Shown in pieces: positions 11,974 to 25,923 of a stretch of 64,000 nucleotides of DNA. Origin of the DNA: Guillardia theta CCMP2712 (Eukaryota > Protista > Cryptophyta). Made by a program: the position numbers and the translations under genes. The DNA lies in NCBI RefSeq assembly GCF_000315625.1, contig NW_005434547.1, positions 86,140-150,139 of the forward strand, written 5' to 3'. Each line of letters opens with the position of its first letter. Position 1 is the stretch's first letter. The notes below the pieces were generated by a model. The model was not told the DNA's origin. It worked only from the letters and a program-made list of their open reading frames with translations, and made no database searches.

Positions 11974-14703
11974 TTGCCTCGTAGTCTTTGACTTGCATTT
12001 CAAACCTTGACGGCCAAGAGCCGTCACCCACTGGCATGCTTTCAATCGAAACATCACCCACGACATGTGTCACATTTCTATGAACTGGTTCACAGTGAAG
12101 CAGCAACATATCTGTTCTAATACCATCAGGTCAGGATGAAAAATTCTGTATGATGGAATGGCATTCGAGTATTTTAAATATATCAAAACATGAATTGACA
12201 GAGTGAGATGGGTGTTCAACTTTTTTCTCCAAACTGGGTGAAACTCTTTCACCTGAGATGAGGACACAGGCTTTGAGAAATCTCATAGTTCTGTTGTTGA
12301 GACGATTTCTTTCTATGTCTCATCTCGTATCGTGTTTGAAGGTTGGTTGCCAACATGCGCTAACTCTACTTGGTTTCAAACGATGATTCCATGGCGTGCA
12401 TAGTGAATGTATGGAGATGTGATTTGAGAATAACAAAAGTTGAATAGTTCCATGATGCTTTTGTAGTGTGAGAACAGAATGCGAGGCTGGTTCTGTATGA
12501 AAGCGCACAGGGGATTTGAAAATGAGATGCTTGCATTTATTCGTACACATGCTAGTATCAAGACTCATCGAAGAATCATCAGCTTCAGATTGCTGTGAAA
12601 TCTTTTTCAATAGCTGTCTGCTTCAGACTTTGTATGCTGAAAGATGGCCGAATAGCAGATGCGAGATGGGTTGAATCACGAGTTAGAAAGATAGATGACG
12701 GCTCCAACGATGAAAACAGTCTTGCGTCATGAAGAGTGAAAAGGTCCCAGTACTCAACTTCTACAGAAACAAATGCTATACAGTCACAGGTAAGATCTAG
12801 AATGTAACAAGTTTCTTCTTGAGATCACAGAGCAGAGGAAAATAAAATTTAAAGATGTCCATACAAAATCATGACTACCATAAAATTAAGAGTAGGACGA
12901 CGACAAGGATGAAGAGAAGGTAGTGGTGTTGAGCGATTGTATTCTATTCGGTCGTGTGAAGGAGATTATCATTGAAGTTTCGAGAGATCTTCTGGGGAGG
13001 AAGTGGCTTTTGAACACAAACATCATCTATTGCAGCCACACACACCTCTCGAGATGCTACTCATCTCCCAACATTTTCAGACTCTGGAACATCATGTTGC
13101 CTGGCAATCTACTGTATGATCTGGCTTCCTTCACCTGTCTCTACCAGTCGCGCTGGTGCGTGAGATGTTTTACATACCACACACTCTCACACAAAGCTTG
13201 CAAGTGGTCATTAGCATGTTGATGTGACATCGCCGAGGTGGACAACATGCCGAAATGATTCATGTCTCCTGCAGGAAGCAGAAAACCAACAACACTATGG
13301 AGTCTCACCTACTTCTGCAACAGATCGGAGCAGCGTCGTTGCGCTTGCGCTTACATCCTCTCAGTTCATGCTCACAGTTTCTCTGAATGTATTCATCCTC
13401 TGTGCTGTCCCTGCAAGACCTGCGATGGCATGTCCAACTCTGTGCTCCCCCGGTCTTGGATCTGTTGGCACTTGCTGATGAAGTGAAGTCATCATGGGAT
13501 TGGTGTGTTTTTCTTCTTTCGAGACTCAGGAACGGAAGCAAGCATGCATGTCCGGTCACATGACGCCAACATGCTGACAAGGTCGCGAGTGAGGAAGTGC
13601 GCAGCCATCGGCATTGGCGTTGGACCATGCGAGCGCCGTGTAGCGCATGGATTCGGTGTGTCCCGACATGGGGCCCGTAGTGAGCTCAGGGGGTGGTATC
13701 ATCTAGCAGCCCGGGACTACCCCTAACAAGAGGGGTGGTAAATACTTAAAGAGGGTGGGTACTGTCAACAAAGATTCTTCTCTACTTACCGGTAGGTAGG
13801 TCCGGAGGCTCGGATCAGGATTGACAGGGGTGGTGTGAACAGGGGTGGGATAACGAGGCCGGTGATAGGGTGGGTGTAGTCATCCCGTTCCTGAGATGCG
13901 CTCAATGAAGGGGTGGTCAAGTCTGAGATATCCAGGAATATCTGGGGGTGGGTAGACCGTGGTGACCAGACCACAAGGGGGTGGTACGCAGCTCAGATAG
14001 GAGTTCTTCGATATTTGGAGGGTGGGGTAGTTCGGAATTGTAGAGGAGAAGAGGGTGGGGTACCAGGTTCCTTGAAAGCAAAGCAGCCATGGCCATATAT
14101 AAGGGAGAGCAGCAAGGAGAAGACGAATGAGGGGGGGAGGAGGAGAGATGAGGGAAAAACAAGCATGAGAAACAATCATTCCAATGCATCAGTTTGTACA
14201 AGACGTCTGCTGCATGTAACATTCAGTTTTTTCTTTTAGTATGATCGAATGAGTTGACTGCTTTCGCACCTTGTTCAAAGTCGTTGTTGCTCTCATGCTG
14301 ATAAAGACAGATAGAAAGCCCCTAGCGATGAGCCAACAATCGAGACATCAAGGAAAAACTTCTATAAACTGATCAGAAGTTGAGATGTCGTTAAGATTTG
14401 TCTTGGAATCGATGTGCTTGTGAGCTTTGTCATAATGCAGATGAGCTAATACAGTTCTTGGCAGGAGCAATCTACAGGGATTGAATTGACGATGAAATCA
14501 AAGCAGGAGCCCAGAAAATATGACAGTGTCATCTGTATGAAATCAGATTGATTGACTTGCCTATACAAGCACACCCTGCACAAGTAATGTTCGAGTGCTT
14601 GGACAAGTGAGGTGACCATCATTCTGATCTCTGCAAGAAGAGACCAGTAGGCGTGTGTTGGCAGCAAGTCAGACCCTCTGCTTGTGACCGCAAGACTAGC
14701 CGC

Positions 14704-15869
14704 ATGTCTTCGCAGAGCAACACGACGAGCTTCAACAACAACGACTCCTCCGTCAACGGTTGGAACATGAGACAGCTCGCGATCTTCATCCCCTTTGCCA
14801 CTTTCTTCCTCTGCATCTGGATCATGTGGCTGCGGGTAGGATACCCCACGTTTCTGATCATGAAGGCCATCCAACTGAGCGAGGAAGGCCTGCGGCGAGA
14901 GGAGGAGAACAGATCGCAGCACGACTCTGACAACGACGAAGACGACCGGTCGAACAAGTAAGTAGCGGGAGGTGTCTTTTTGGAAGTGACTTGGTACCTC
15001 AGCTCTCTGGTGTCTGTTGGTGAAGTCGACACAATGTGGAGGGAACAGCAATCGGCGCAGGTGGTGTGCGCAGAGGAAGAGTCTTCTACCAACGAGGAAC
15101 TTGCTGCCTCTGCTGATATGTGCTACCTGACTCGTTCCTTCAGAATGAGATGTCCGACAAGAAGGCAGATGTGAGGATGGATCAAGTTGAAGAGCAAGAA
15201 ACATCGGCCGGCATTGTTGTTGAGGACATGGAGAGCCGGCATGCCTCTGTACATGTCAACATTGCACAGGGTAAGAGGCGGAGACAGCATGGTACTTTAC
15301 ATCTCTGTGATGGTGTGGCAGATCTGAACGAGACGGAGGAGAAGCTGAGGGATGTGGAGGTTCAGATTGAGCGGCTGCAGGGTAGAATGTTGGGTGAGAC
15401 GCGAGCTATCCTCTCCCGCTGCGCTGACTCCTGCACGGCAGAGCGACAAGTCAGTGAGACTTTGTGTTGATGAGAGTGCATGGATAGTTACGGCCCAAGG
15501 GCGATCATGTCGGATGAGCATTGAAAGCTTGAGGGGCAGTTGACATACTCTCGGTGTAATTTTGGATATTGTATTTTTCTTTCGTTTTTTGTTTTCTGCC
15601 ACAAGGATTGGAAATTTCTTGTTGATCCGACCCTGAATGAACATGTCTACTGTGGCGCTAACAGTGGTCAGGTTCATGAGTCGAAGAGTGCAACCTTAAC
15701 GTCTCTGACGTGCATGTCATCGAATCATGCTCGACACGCAGATGATAATGAGATGCGATATTGCATTCAATACCAACGCTTACAAGTCCACAATTCGCAA
15801 CTGAAGTACAGCATTCTAAACACAAGAAGGAATGCGCGTCTCTTGCGCGATCAGACTCTTGCAAGGTAG
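14704..15869 (+). CDS. Hypothetical single-pass membrane protein, multi-exon; 3' end uncertain
   Basis: MSSQSNTTSF...LAIFIPFATFFLCIWIMWLRVGY TM helix; GTAAGT donor near 14957; later coiled-coil exon. Confidence 0.5.
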
Positions 15870-15978
15870 AAGGAGACTGGATGTTTGGGGCTTCCAGAAA
15901 TTTCAAAAGATATCGGCATATGAAGTGCCTGATAGCCAGCTAGCGGTAGTTTGTTGGCACTTGTATCGTACCACGTCT

Positions 15979-18063
15979 TTACATCATGGCCCGTTGGATC
16001 TTACCCATGAGCTCCATTACCTGCCGAACATTTACACTTCTTCCTCCTCTTCCTCCGTCTTCCTCCTCCTCCTCCTCCTTTCCATCCTTCTCCGTCTCTT
16101 CTTCCTCCTGCTCCCTGCTCACCTCGGGGTCGTTGGCATACTTGCCCATGGCCATCGGATTCTGCTGCATCTCCATGATGATCTGCATGTCATCGTCAGC
16201 CACTGATCCTCCTTGCTTCCCTCCCCCCCCCCCCTTGTTGCTCTCTTCTCCTCTTCCTCTCCGTCCTCGTCCTGATTGCTCTCCTTCATTCCATCTCACC
16301 GACATCATCCTTGGGTTCTGCATGGCAGCCATGATCTCTGGGTCCCCGAGGATCTTCGAAAAGTCCATGCCAGCTGGCATGCCGGGCATACCGCCCATGC
16401 CGCCCATGCCCGGCATACCGCCCATGCCGCCCATGCCCGGCATGCCGCCCATGCCCGGCATACCGCCCATGCCCGGCATGCCGCCCATTCCACCTGAAAG
16501 AAGACAGTCAGGTACAAAAGAAGATCGAGGTAACAGATACCAGGGAAACCAGCGCCAGCTTCTCTTTGCTGTCGAAGTTTTTCTTGCCTCTCCTTCTCCT
16601 TCTTGAGCCGCCTGGTCTTGCGTGAATAGTAGCAAAACTGCTGGCATAGAGACAAACCTTTCTTTGTTGTGATTCTCAATGACAATTTGCTTGTCATGCT
16701 GTCAGGATTAAACAAAATCAACAGAAATTGTGCGCAATGAAGAGATGCATCACCTTTTCCTTCACCTTCTTCTCGATTGCGTACGTTTCCTCGTCGTAGT
16801 CGATGCTCTGTCCCTGTCCCAGCTCATGCGCAGCTTCAGCCCACTTGCCAAGCATGGCGTATGCCTTTCCCTTGAGCTATCATCTCTGAGTGAGTAGAAG
16901 AAATCGAGCAGCGGCGAGATGAAACGAGAAGGCAAAGAAGAACTGATTGAACGAAGGAGAGAGAGCGAGAGAAATCAGAACAGAGAAAGTAGATCAACTA
17001 AGAGGATGCCTAGCAGAATGAGCATCTGAGTGTTGTGTTTGTGTAGCAGGTTACTTTCAGGGCCTTGGCTGAGTCCGGATTGACCTCCAGCGCCTTATCC
17101 GCATCACGCAGAGCAGCCAACTGGCGACACGTCAGATTCCCTTGGAATCTCTTCCTCTCTTCACCGGCTTCCTCATGCTCAAGTAGCAGAGGCCTCTGTT
17201 CGCATACACCATCGCGCTCGGAGTCGCAATCACGGCCTTCAGTCATGCCGGTCAGGACCGAAAGTCTTCACCCGCTCCCCTGACCTCCGTCCAGTGATCT
17301 GCCGCCTTGTCAAAATCACCAGCCGATTGAGCGTCCTAGTGGAAAAAGTCAATGACAATGTCAAGGGGAGAGTGCCGGGGTTTGAAAAAATGAGAGCAGA
17401 TGAATAAGGGGAGGAAGGAGAACAGGGCGGTGGTAGAGGACAGCGCGCAGCACCATGGCAGCAGCTTTAGCTGTTGACGCAGCTTCATAGTCTTGATCGG
17501 AAGGCTCTTTTGAAGAATCTCCATTTTTCTTTGGGAACAAGGGTGAGTGATAGAACAAGATGCCAATCGAGATCAAAAAGCAGGAAAAGGGAGGAGGGAG
17601 GAGGGAGGAGTTGAAGAGGAAGAAGTTGAAGAGGGAGGATTTGAGCAGGGTAGAGACAGGATCGGAAGGGGGAAGGAACAAGGAGAAAGGAGGTAGGAAG
17701 AAAGAGCAGAAGCAGGGAACAAGCAACAATGCTGAGACAGCAAGCGCCAGACACAAGGTCAGGAACAGCAGGCTGGGTGAACCTGTTTCTCCGGAAGATC
17801 TGCTTCATCATGCGGAACGACCTCGGGGTCGAATTCTTCCTTCTAAGGAAAAAACAAAAACATCAGAATGCAATCAAGGTTCTGTCACAGGTTCTTACCT
17901 CCTCCTCCTCGTCGCTGACCTCTTCAACAGTGGGACCAGCAGTCGACGAAGAAGCCTTTGAAACATCATATTAATCACTGATTGATTGACTGACTGACTG
18001 ACTGACTGACTGACTGACTGACTGAGTGACTGAGTGACTGAGTGACTGAGTGACTGACTGACT

Positions 18064-18114
<51 letters not shown>

Positions 18115-18835
18115 TGACTGACTGACTGACTGACTGACTGACTGACTGACTGACTGACTGACTGACTGACTGACTGACTGACTGACTGACTGACTGACTG
18201 ACTGACTGACTGACTGACTGACTGACTCTGAGGAGGATTACTTGTGGCATTGGTTCATCATCGATGTCATCGAGCTGAAAGAAAAACGTCATGTTCACAG
18301 CACTCGCAGCGTTCAGACACCTTGGATCCTCCTCGAGCCGTTCCACTTGACTGCAACAGCATAGAGTCAGGATCCATCCACGGCGGTAAGAGTCCAGTAA
18401 GGTTTTCGGTCTCAGAGCACAGCGATAACAGCAGCAGGCAGAGGAGGCAGAGGGAAGGGAGAGGGAGACGGTCGTTCTTGCAGCAGGGCATGCAAGGGAC
18501 TAGAATCAGGACTCACCTTCGGTGCACTATCCTGTTGCTTCTGCTCAGCAGGATCTGGAACATGTCCGCCATAGCTCTCTGCTCCGGGCACAATCAGGGG
18601 CTATCGTAGACTTGTAGCTGACAGCAAGAAACAAGTAGGCAGTGATTGCTCGACCTATGAACTCCTTGAAGAATTTCATTTGCGGAGTGTGGAGGAGCTG
18701 TGGGTTAGCCTGTGAAGGAGGGGGCAGATGTCACAGAAGCATCCAAAAGAGTCGCATACATGTTTGTTGTACCTTAATGATGTCAACTGTGTTCTTGAGC
18801 ATCTTAACAGCAGCATCGATATCTTGCGTCGCCAT
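15979..18835 (-). CDS. ST13: Hsp70-interacting protein (Hip/ST13)
   Basis: N-terminal ANPQLLHTPQMKFFKEFI dimerisation motif; TPR segments (AALRDADKALEVNPDSAKALK, AYAMLGKWAEAAHELGQGQSIDYDEE); GGMP repeats; STI1 domain DPEIMAAMQNP...NP...KYANDPEV. Confidence 0.93.
17975..18228. repeat. (GACT)n microsatellite in a Hip intron
   Basis: About 60 tetranucleotide units. Confidence 0.97.
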
Positions 18836-19549
18836 TTTCTGTCATTGACACATGTTTCAGAGCAAAAACATAGAATAGACGCTCTTAATGATTGTCTGCC
18901 TCCCGTCAGAATTCCCTAATGGCCGTTTTTCATAGAAAACGCGACAAGGTCAGCTGTTGGATCCATGAGGCATGGGACACATCACTGTGACGAGGATCCG
19001 AACGGTAGGTTATCAATGTTGGATAAACGGAGGAAACATGGTTAGACCATTTCTGTAACCTCTCAACATATTGTGAGGAATCTTGCTAAAACCATCCATA
19101 CAAATTCAAAGTTAACTAAGATCCTAAGGTCTGCTGTTCTAATTCGATATCTAACAGGTTTCTTTCGCACCCATATGAGTGCATCTTGAACATTTTCATG
19201 TTTTCCTCCTCATTCACTACATCATGTTCTCTTCTTGCTCTTCCTTTCCCTTTGTTTTCCCACCATTCCCTAATTGCTCGCATTACACCCGTTCTTTCCG
19301 GCTTCCACTGACCACCCCACCCCAAGGAAAAAAATGTGACTTTCCTGAAGAGCCTCACTGGTACTACCCTACCTATAAATATCCACATATCTGTTATAAA
19401 ATACACGGGTAGACTCATATACCCATCCTTCCCAAACACCTGCCGCGGGACCTGGCAGAAAATGGTAGTACCCCTACCCCCATTTATATATGAATTTGCA
19501 CATGGTAGAACGGGTACACAAACAGTGCAAACTGAGCTCTTTTAACATC

Positions 19550-20040
19550 ACGACCGTCTGCCCGGCGCATAATCAATTGAGTTCAACTAGGGTCGTCGGA
19601 CTCGGAGCCGCCCAGCCGGCGGCCGGGCGCCGCGGCCCGGCCCGGCGTGGCCGCCGCCGCCAGGCCCGGGCCCGGCCGCGGCGGGTCACTCCGAAGCCCG
19701 CCGCGCCCGGAAATGGCCGCGCATCATCATAAGAGTCTGATCATTCGGCCGCCGGCGACGCCGGTCGGATCGGTGGACGGCAGTGACAATCATTCAGTTC
19801 TCGGGTGAACTTGCCCCCGTCCGACCGGCCGGCTGACGGCCGCCGGCCGCTGGTACTGTACCGGGTCACTGCCGGGTCCCCGGGGACTCAGTGACGCCGG
19901 TCCCGGGCCGGGACTCCCCGCCGCAGTCACGGCCCACGGTGAGCGGCGAGCAGTGGCGTGAGAGACTGGTAGGGTCACGGTTACCCCACCGGCAGTTGCC
20001 CGGCGACCGTGCATAGCGTTGCTTTTCCGGCCGGGCGCTC
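19550..20040. repeat. GC-rich palindrome-dense island
   Basis: Same word vocabulary as the other islands; C-rich shoulder on the left, mostly G-rich shoulder on the right. Confidence 0.75.
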
Positions 20041-22684
20041 ATAGGCAAAATTGGCAATATTTTTTTTTTTTCGAAGGACCTGAGGGGTCCCTTCATTCCA
20101 TGCCAATTGGGAGTACCCTCCTTTGAGAAGTCATGTGGGAGGGTAGTCGCTCTCATGAAAATCGTTGCTGTGCAGGGCCAAAGAGGGGTAGGGTGATTTG
20201 AATTTGGTGGCGTGGACACCTCACCACGCCAAACCAATGTAAAAGTACGCATTTTAGGAGTATCTGTGGTACCAACTTAAAATTGCAGCTCTTACATGGT
20301 ACAAAATGAGGGCCAAACTGGTCGGAACTTCGACTTCCGAGAACCCCTCCATTTGACTGTTGTTGGGGGGTGGGGTAGGCATGGAGCACCCTCAACCACC
20401 CACCTTTGAAACAATTTGAAACTGTGTAATAGGGGGTGGGGGGTAGCCCCCTTTTCTCATTCCCCAAGCCCCCTCTCCCTGGACGAGCAAGAGGCGATGA
20501 AATGGTGCCTTCCTGACTCGCGAGGATGAACCTTGATATTGAGAGACTTCGAATCCAACCCAACTGAGATAGGAATGAGATGAAGATCTCATATCACATC
20601 TGTAAGAGATGATCGAGCTTCTTTCTCAACTCTGCAGGTTGGGCCAAGGTTTGAATCATCCAGCGTGTAATGTAATATGTGCCCTTGGTTCATACAATCC
20701 GCGAGTGTACTTGCAAATATGCTTCGAAGACATGATGACATTTTTATGAACAGGTAAGGAACTAATAATGGATACACCATTGAACAGAATCAACTCTGAT
20801 TGACCCTTCTTTCAAATTGCAGTGCGTTGCACGTTGCGCTCAAATGCATGATTTGTGAGAAATTTGTATTCAACTGTACCTTGAGCGACTTTTCTGTCTA
20901 ACAATATGTTCTCATGTCATCGCTCACTTTCAATTCTTCTAGTCTTACGGTCAGGATTCATGCACTTCACTTTTCTACAGAGGACAGGCTCACACGCACT
21001 CAACAGTTCAACGGTGCATGAAGAGACGTTTGCAAAAAGGATGACTTCACCTGCTCGCATAGATTACTGTAGAGAATTGTTGTTGATCATGAATCACTAT
21101 ATCCATGATCAAGTGCATTGACCATTGCATTTCCATGTTTCATGACGTAGGATGATTTTTCTGCACTTGGATTTCTTCCTCAGTCATGATGTTTCCACAA
21201 CGCTTCAGAAACCTAGTCAGAAATGAAACAATGTGCAGATAAATTTGAGCATCAATAAAAATAAATGAGATGTTCTTCGAATCAATCCTGCCTTGTTTTG
21301 ACGGTTCGCAATGCTGCCGTGCAGTTGTAGAGTTCTTGTCGCATGTGGCACTACAGAGGAGTGCCTTGTTCAACAGAACAAGCACTCGGTGATTGTAAAA
21401 GGATCACAAACGCTGTGAATCAATAAATAGAATTCCACATCCAGGGTATCACATCTTTATTAGAAGAGTTTCAATCAGGGTAAAAGCACAACCGACCTCC
21501 TTGTAATCAAGAACACGTTCCATCTTTTGCCTTGCGAAGGTGTATCTATGTGAACCAAGAAGCATGTGACATGTGGCCACATCATACATGCTCTACGGCC
21601 TGGAATATTGGCATCTTCAAAAGTGCTCATGTTTGCGTTGAGATCATCTGCTTGGCAGCGGCTCATTGATGAACAAAATCCGATGCAAGTTCACACCAGT
21701 AATATTCACATGATGCATCATGTGATGAAATGACCTAGGCCTTGGTGATTTGCAAAATGTTTCATCGTTCAAACACGTCCTTGAAAATCAGATGAAGAAT
21801 CCTTCACGAACCACGGGACTTGCTTGTCCGACATCATTCGACAGCACTGCGGATCATGGTTGTTTCAAGCAGTCGAGCAGCTCACTGCTAAAATGCACCG
21901 TGCATTATTTATTGGCATCTTCTTGCGAGACTATCAGACATAGTCGTGCAGATATGTGTTCTTGAGCTCACAGGTGACCGTACAGCTTTTGAACAATCCA
22001 GTCACCATCTGATGATGATTCCCTGTCGTCTTGTGTGTAACCTCCATCCATTTACTCCAACTCAGTTTCCCTGTCATGCATCACAGATAGCTTAGGGTAT
22101 TTTACGCTTTGGTTTCGATTGCAATGTAACCCTGTGATGGTGTTTTCACTTGTATTATTCATGCTCTTCGCTTACCAAACGATTTTTCGTGAGATTCACG
22201 AGCTCTACCAAGCACTCCTCAAGGATCATCATCTCTACACCTCAGGAATTTCCCATGAGTATGTTCGGTGAACATCTGACATCTGCACACGCTGCCGCGG
22301 GCTTGCTGTTTGCGAGCCATCGTTAGGGCAGTACAGAGCGGTGCGACGTGCCCCGTGCAAGGGGAGGCTCATGGCGTGTAGGGGGAGTTTCAAACTTGTT
22401 TATAAATTTGTACCACAAGAAGGCTTTACAACTAAGTTGGTAGACTACCCCACGATCTGACTGTAACTTGTGGGGTGTAGCCCTACTTCTCTGTTTATAC
22501 TCAACCATTACACAATACAGTCTAAAATATCTTATTGGAAAACAAAATGAGAATTATAAAGCTGAATTCGAACCCTATTTCAGATTCTCAAACACGCCAC
22601 CCCCAAATCTACCTAGAAAGCAGAACAACCCCCCCACGGGAAAGCATACAGCCCAAAACAGACAAATCAAAATGTCAACGCTAT

Positions 22685-22925
22685 GACCGTACGGTCATCG
22701 GAGTCGGAGAGTCGGACTCCGAGTCGGAGGGGACTCGGAGATGGGTAGTATTCCGGGGCCCCGTGACTCTGGCGGAGCCTTGTGGGAGCCCGTGAGCCAC
22801 TGCTGTGACAGATCCGGTGATCATCTACATACTTATTAACCGTAACTTTACTCAAAGTTAAGTTAAAGATCAGTACGAGGAACTATGATCGAGTCTCGGA
22901 CCTTCGAGTCCGGGCCAGGGCAAAA
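22685..22925. repeat. Small GC island with the conserved 35-mer in reverse orientation (22847-22881)
   Basis: TTTACTCAAAGTTAAGTTAAAGATCAGTACGAGGA. Confidence 0.7.
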
Positions 22926-23290
22926 GGAACCAGTCTTTAGATCTTTAGATCGCTGACGCCCCACGAGCAGTAAACTTAGTGACGGCGCACTCCTGTAAAG
23001 CATGGCTGATCTCGAGCTCGCCCCTCAGACGGGCATAGGAGGGCAAAGGTAGTCATGTGCAGTTTACTGCTGAGCCCGTGTCTTAAGACGAGACCGAAAA
23101 CACTCCTCTTCAAGACTATTATTTTGATCTCGAGATTTGATTGCGATAAGATGACAGTGATAACAGCAAGCGCTTGCCTTCTTGAGTCATAGTGCTTGCC
23201 CTCTATGAAGAAGGCAAGCGCTTGCCCTCTTTATACACTTCGCCACACCCCACACCTCCGTGTTGCCCACTGACTGCCGACGGCCTCCTG

Positions 23291-23341
<51 letters not shown>

Positions 23342-23364
23342 GTTCAGCCCTGACCTCCATCGGT

Positions 23365-23724
23365 ATGTCCACATCGACCTTTGACCCCAGCAACAACAAG
23401 ATGGCCTCGCGAGACAGGCACGCGGAGATCTCGAGCAAGCAGGACTCAGCTGGGGACTGCCTCCACCTCCAGGTGGAACTCTGCCCCGGAGACGAGGAGC
23501 GGTGGTCCATGCCGAGGATACACTCTAGATTCGAGGCCCCGACAACCGCATGTCCGAGCTCTCTTCCTCCTCCTCGTCGTTTCCAGCGGTCCAGCCAAGC
23601 ACCTCCCCTGCCCTCGTCAGAGCAGTCGAGGCTGCGAGCCCTGCGGAACCGACAGATAGGCCGGGAGATGCGCGCTGCTCCGGGGGCGAGGAGGGAGATA
23701 CCTTTCCACGTCGTGGCTCTCTGA
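23365..23724 (+). CDS. Small-protein family copy 1 (119 aa)
   Basis: DEE...MPRIHSRFEAP...SLPPPRRF...SRLRALRNRQIGREM; homologous to copy 2. Confidence 0.65.
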   Translation: MSTSTFDPSNNKMASRDRHAEISSKQDSAGDCLHLQVELCPGDEERWSMPRIHSRFEAPTTACPSSLPPPRRFQRSSQAPPLPSSEQSRLRALRNRQIGREMRAAPGARREIPFHVVAL

Positions 23725-24973
23725 CAAGACAGCTGACGGTAGGAGGGAGCCGCGACACATGGCCAACAACTCCAGTTAGACACGTTGTACCAAGAGGATG
23801 TATGTAGTACATGAAGGACCCCAGAGACAAGGCATGATGGCCTTGAACGGCATCAAGTAAGGCAGCATCATCGGTCGCACGGATACGTCTAGTGTGCTGA
23901 GGTCATCCGAAGATGGATCCGGCATCATTTTGTGGATGGTTGTTTTGATTAAAGAGTTCATTCGTCCTTTCATTGGCCAGTCCAACGGCATCGAGACCAC
24001 AAGATAGCGCGAGCAGACTCTGCTGACGGGTCATGCACGCGCTCAGTGAAAGATGACAACGAATTGATGCTGAGATGTCAGCAAGGAACGTCTCTCTCTG
24101 TATAGATATCAGAGCGGGGGAATAGCTGCCTGATGGCGCTGGGGAGGCGATCGGGCGGACCAAGGGAGGCGTCGTGAATTGAGGCAAGGGCGCAATGGGA
24201 CTGGGTACGAGGTGATTGCCAATAGTCAACGAGATTGTGTATGAGAGGAGGAATTGAAGGAGAGGACAACAGATGAAGTTGCCTGTCATTCTTTGATGAT
24301 AAGCAACAAAACAAGTGATTGGGATGCGGAAAGCAAAAGGAGATTGGGACGAGGTTATTTGCTGATTTACTGCTTCTCGAATAGATCATGATCGCTGAGC
24401 TCGTCGCTGAGATGCTTCACTACCGAGCAGCAGTAGATTGACCTCGAAGGGAGAGCTCATGATATCGTCTGTAGTCAGTCTGACTACAACACCATGTAGA
24501 GAGGCAGGAGTTTGTTGTCCTTACCTGACTTTCTCCGTCAACTTGTTCATGGACCGTGACGTGCGGGGACACAAGAGGTATTGTGAGGTTGGGCAGGAAG
24601 TCAGGCCTACCTCGTCAGCTTAACGGCAGCCATGGCAGACTTGATAGAAGATCTCTAAAAGAGACCTCGAGATCTGCCGCCGCAGCATGACAGGAGAGGG
24701 AGGAGCTGAGTTCATGAGAAGACCTTGACGGTCAATGACAGATGGAGCTGGACGATTGCTGGCAGAGTTGTTGATTCTGTCAAGCAGAGGTTCATTTGAC
24801 AACCTCATTGCAGTAAGGCAACAACCTCTTGGTTGTTCAGCTCCCGCGGGTTTTATTCAACAATACCAATCTTGTTGTTCTCACATTCCATGCAGCTCCG
24901 TCGTTCATCAGCCCATCCTTTCCATCTGCTATAAATGGCTGTGTCTGGTCCTCGACGTCTCCCTTGGTCGGCC

Positions 24974-25342
24974 CTATCTCCTTCCCAGCGCCAGCACTCT
25001 CAGCACAACCTCTCTCCCCGCCTCCGACCCGACGCTCATCTCCAGCCCCATCTGTCGGTTCCGCAGCCCTCGCAGCCTCGACAGCTCTGCCGACAGCATG
25101 GCACAAGGCTGAGGTTGACCAGCAGAGCACGAGTCTCCGCGGCTGCGAGAAGACGATCGATATCGCTGAGGAGGAGGAAGAGAGGGAGGCGAGGGGAAGC
25201 GGAGGAGGGGAGGACGAGGAGTCTCGAACCTGGTGTTGATGAGCGGCAGGCAGGGGAGGAAGCCAGGCTCCTCATCGTCCACGAGAGGGGAGGGACGAGC
25301 ATGAAGCGTGAGGGGGACAGCTTCAACCATCGGCATCAGCAT
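24974..25342 (-). CDS. Small-protein family copy 2 (122 aa)
   Basis: DDEE...LPLINTRFETP...SLPPPQRY...SRLRGLRNRQMGLEM. Confidence 0.65.
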   Translation of the reverse strand: MLMPMVEAVPLTLHARPSPLVDDEEPGFLPCLPLINTRFETPRPPLLRFPSPPSLPPPQRYRSSSRSRGDSCSAGQPQPCAMLSAELSRLRGLRNRQMGLEMSVGSEAGREVVLRVLALGRR

Positions 25343-25618
25343 ACTCACTCGTCGTGCTTGTCAACACGCCACACGCGAGGCTTGTCAAGCCAAAGGAGAT
25401 GCGAGGGTCGTTTGACGTCTCGTGACTGATCGTGTGACCGTGTCATGAGATCAGGTGTCGCAAGGCTTGCTGATGTTAAAATAAAGTCTATACTACTATA
25501 AGTTTGACTGGCCAAACGTATACTCCCCCTCCTGCTTCTCTACATTCTCACTGCTCTTCTTGTCTTCGCTCAGCCTCTAGTCCCTCCGGTTCTCTCTCTT
25601 CCTCTCTTCCATCCCAGC

Positions 25619-25923
25619 ATGCAGTTGACTCAGTTCATCGACCACCACATCTCCCGCCCCATCTCCCCCAGTTTCTCCATCCCGAGGACAGCCGGGACCT
25701 GCTGGAGGAGGATAGCAGCTTGACCCTCGAGCGCTGCAAGGACTCCCCGATGCTGCCTCCCCCGACGAGGTTCCGCAAGGGGCAGAGGCAGCAGGCGGCT
25801 GAAGGCACGGCGAGTCAGTCGAGCAGGCGGCACTACAGACAGGAGTGGAGCAGGCAAGTAGGGAGGCAGATCATGGGCTCTGCGGACATGAAGCGGATGG
25901 AGCTGGAGAGCAAGGGAGGGTGA
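25619..25923 (+). pseudogene. Small-protein family copy 3, with a 1-bp deletion near 25670 relative to copy 4
   Basis: Near-identical to copy 4, but ATG 25619 is out of frame with the downstream LPPPTRF...SRQVGRQIM frame. Confidence 0.6.

Noticed and set aside
12000-13630. Short Cys-containing ORFs on both strands
   Set aside because: No coherent gene model.
20580-22320. Possible minus-strand multi-exon gene or pseudogene
   Set aside because: I could not assemble a consistent frame or recognise a domain.
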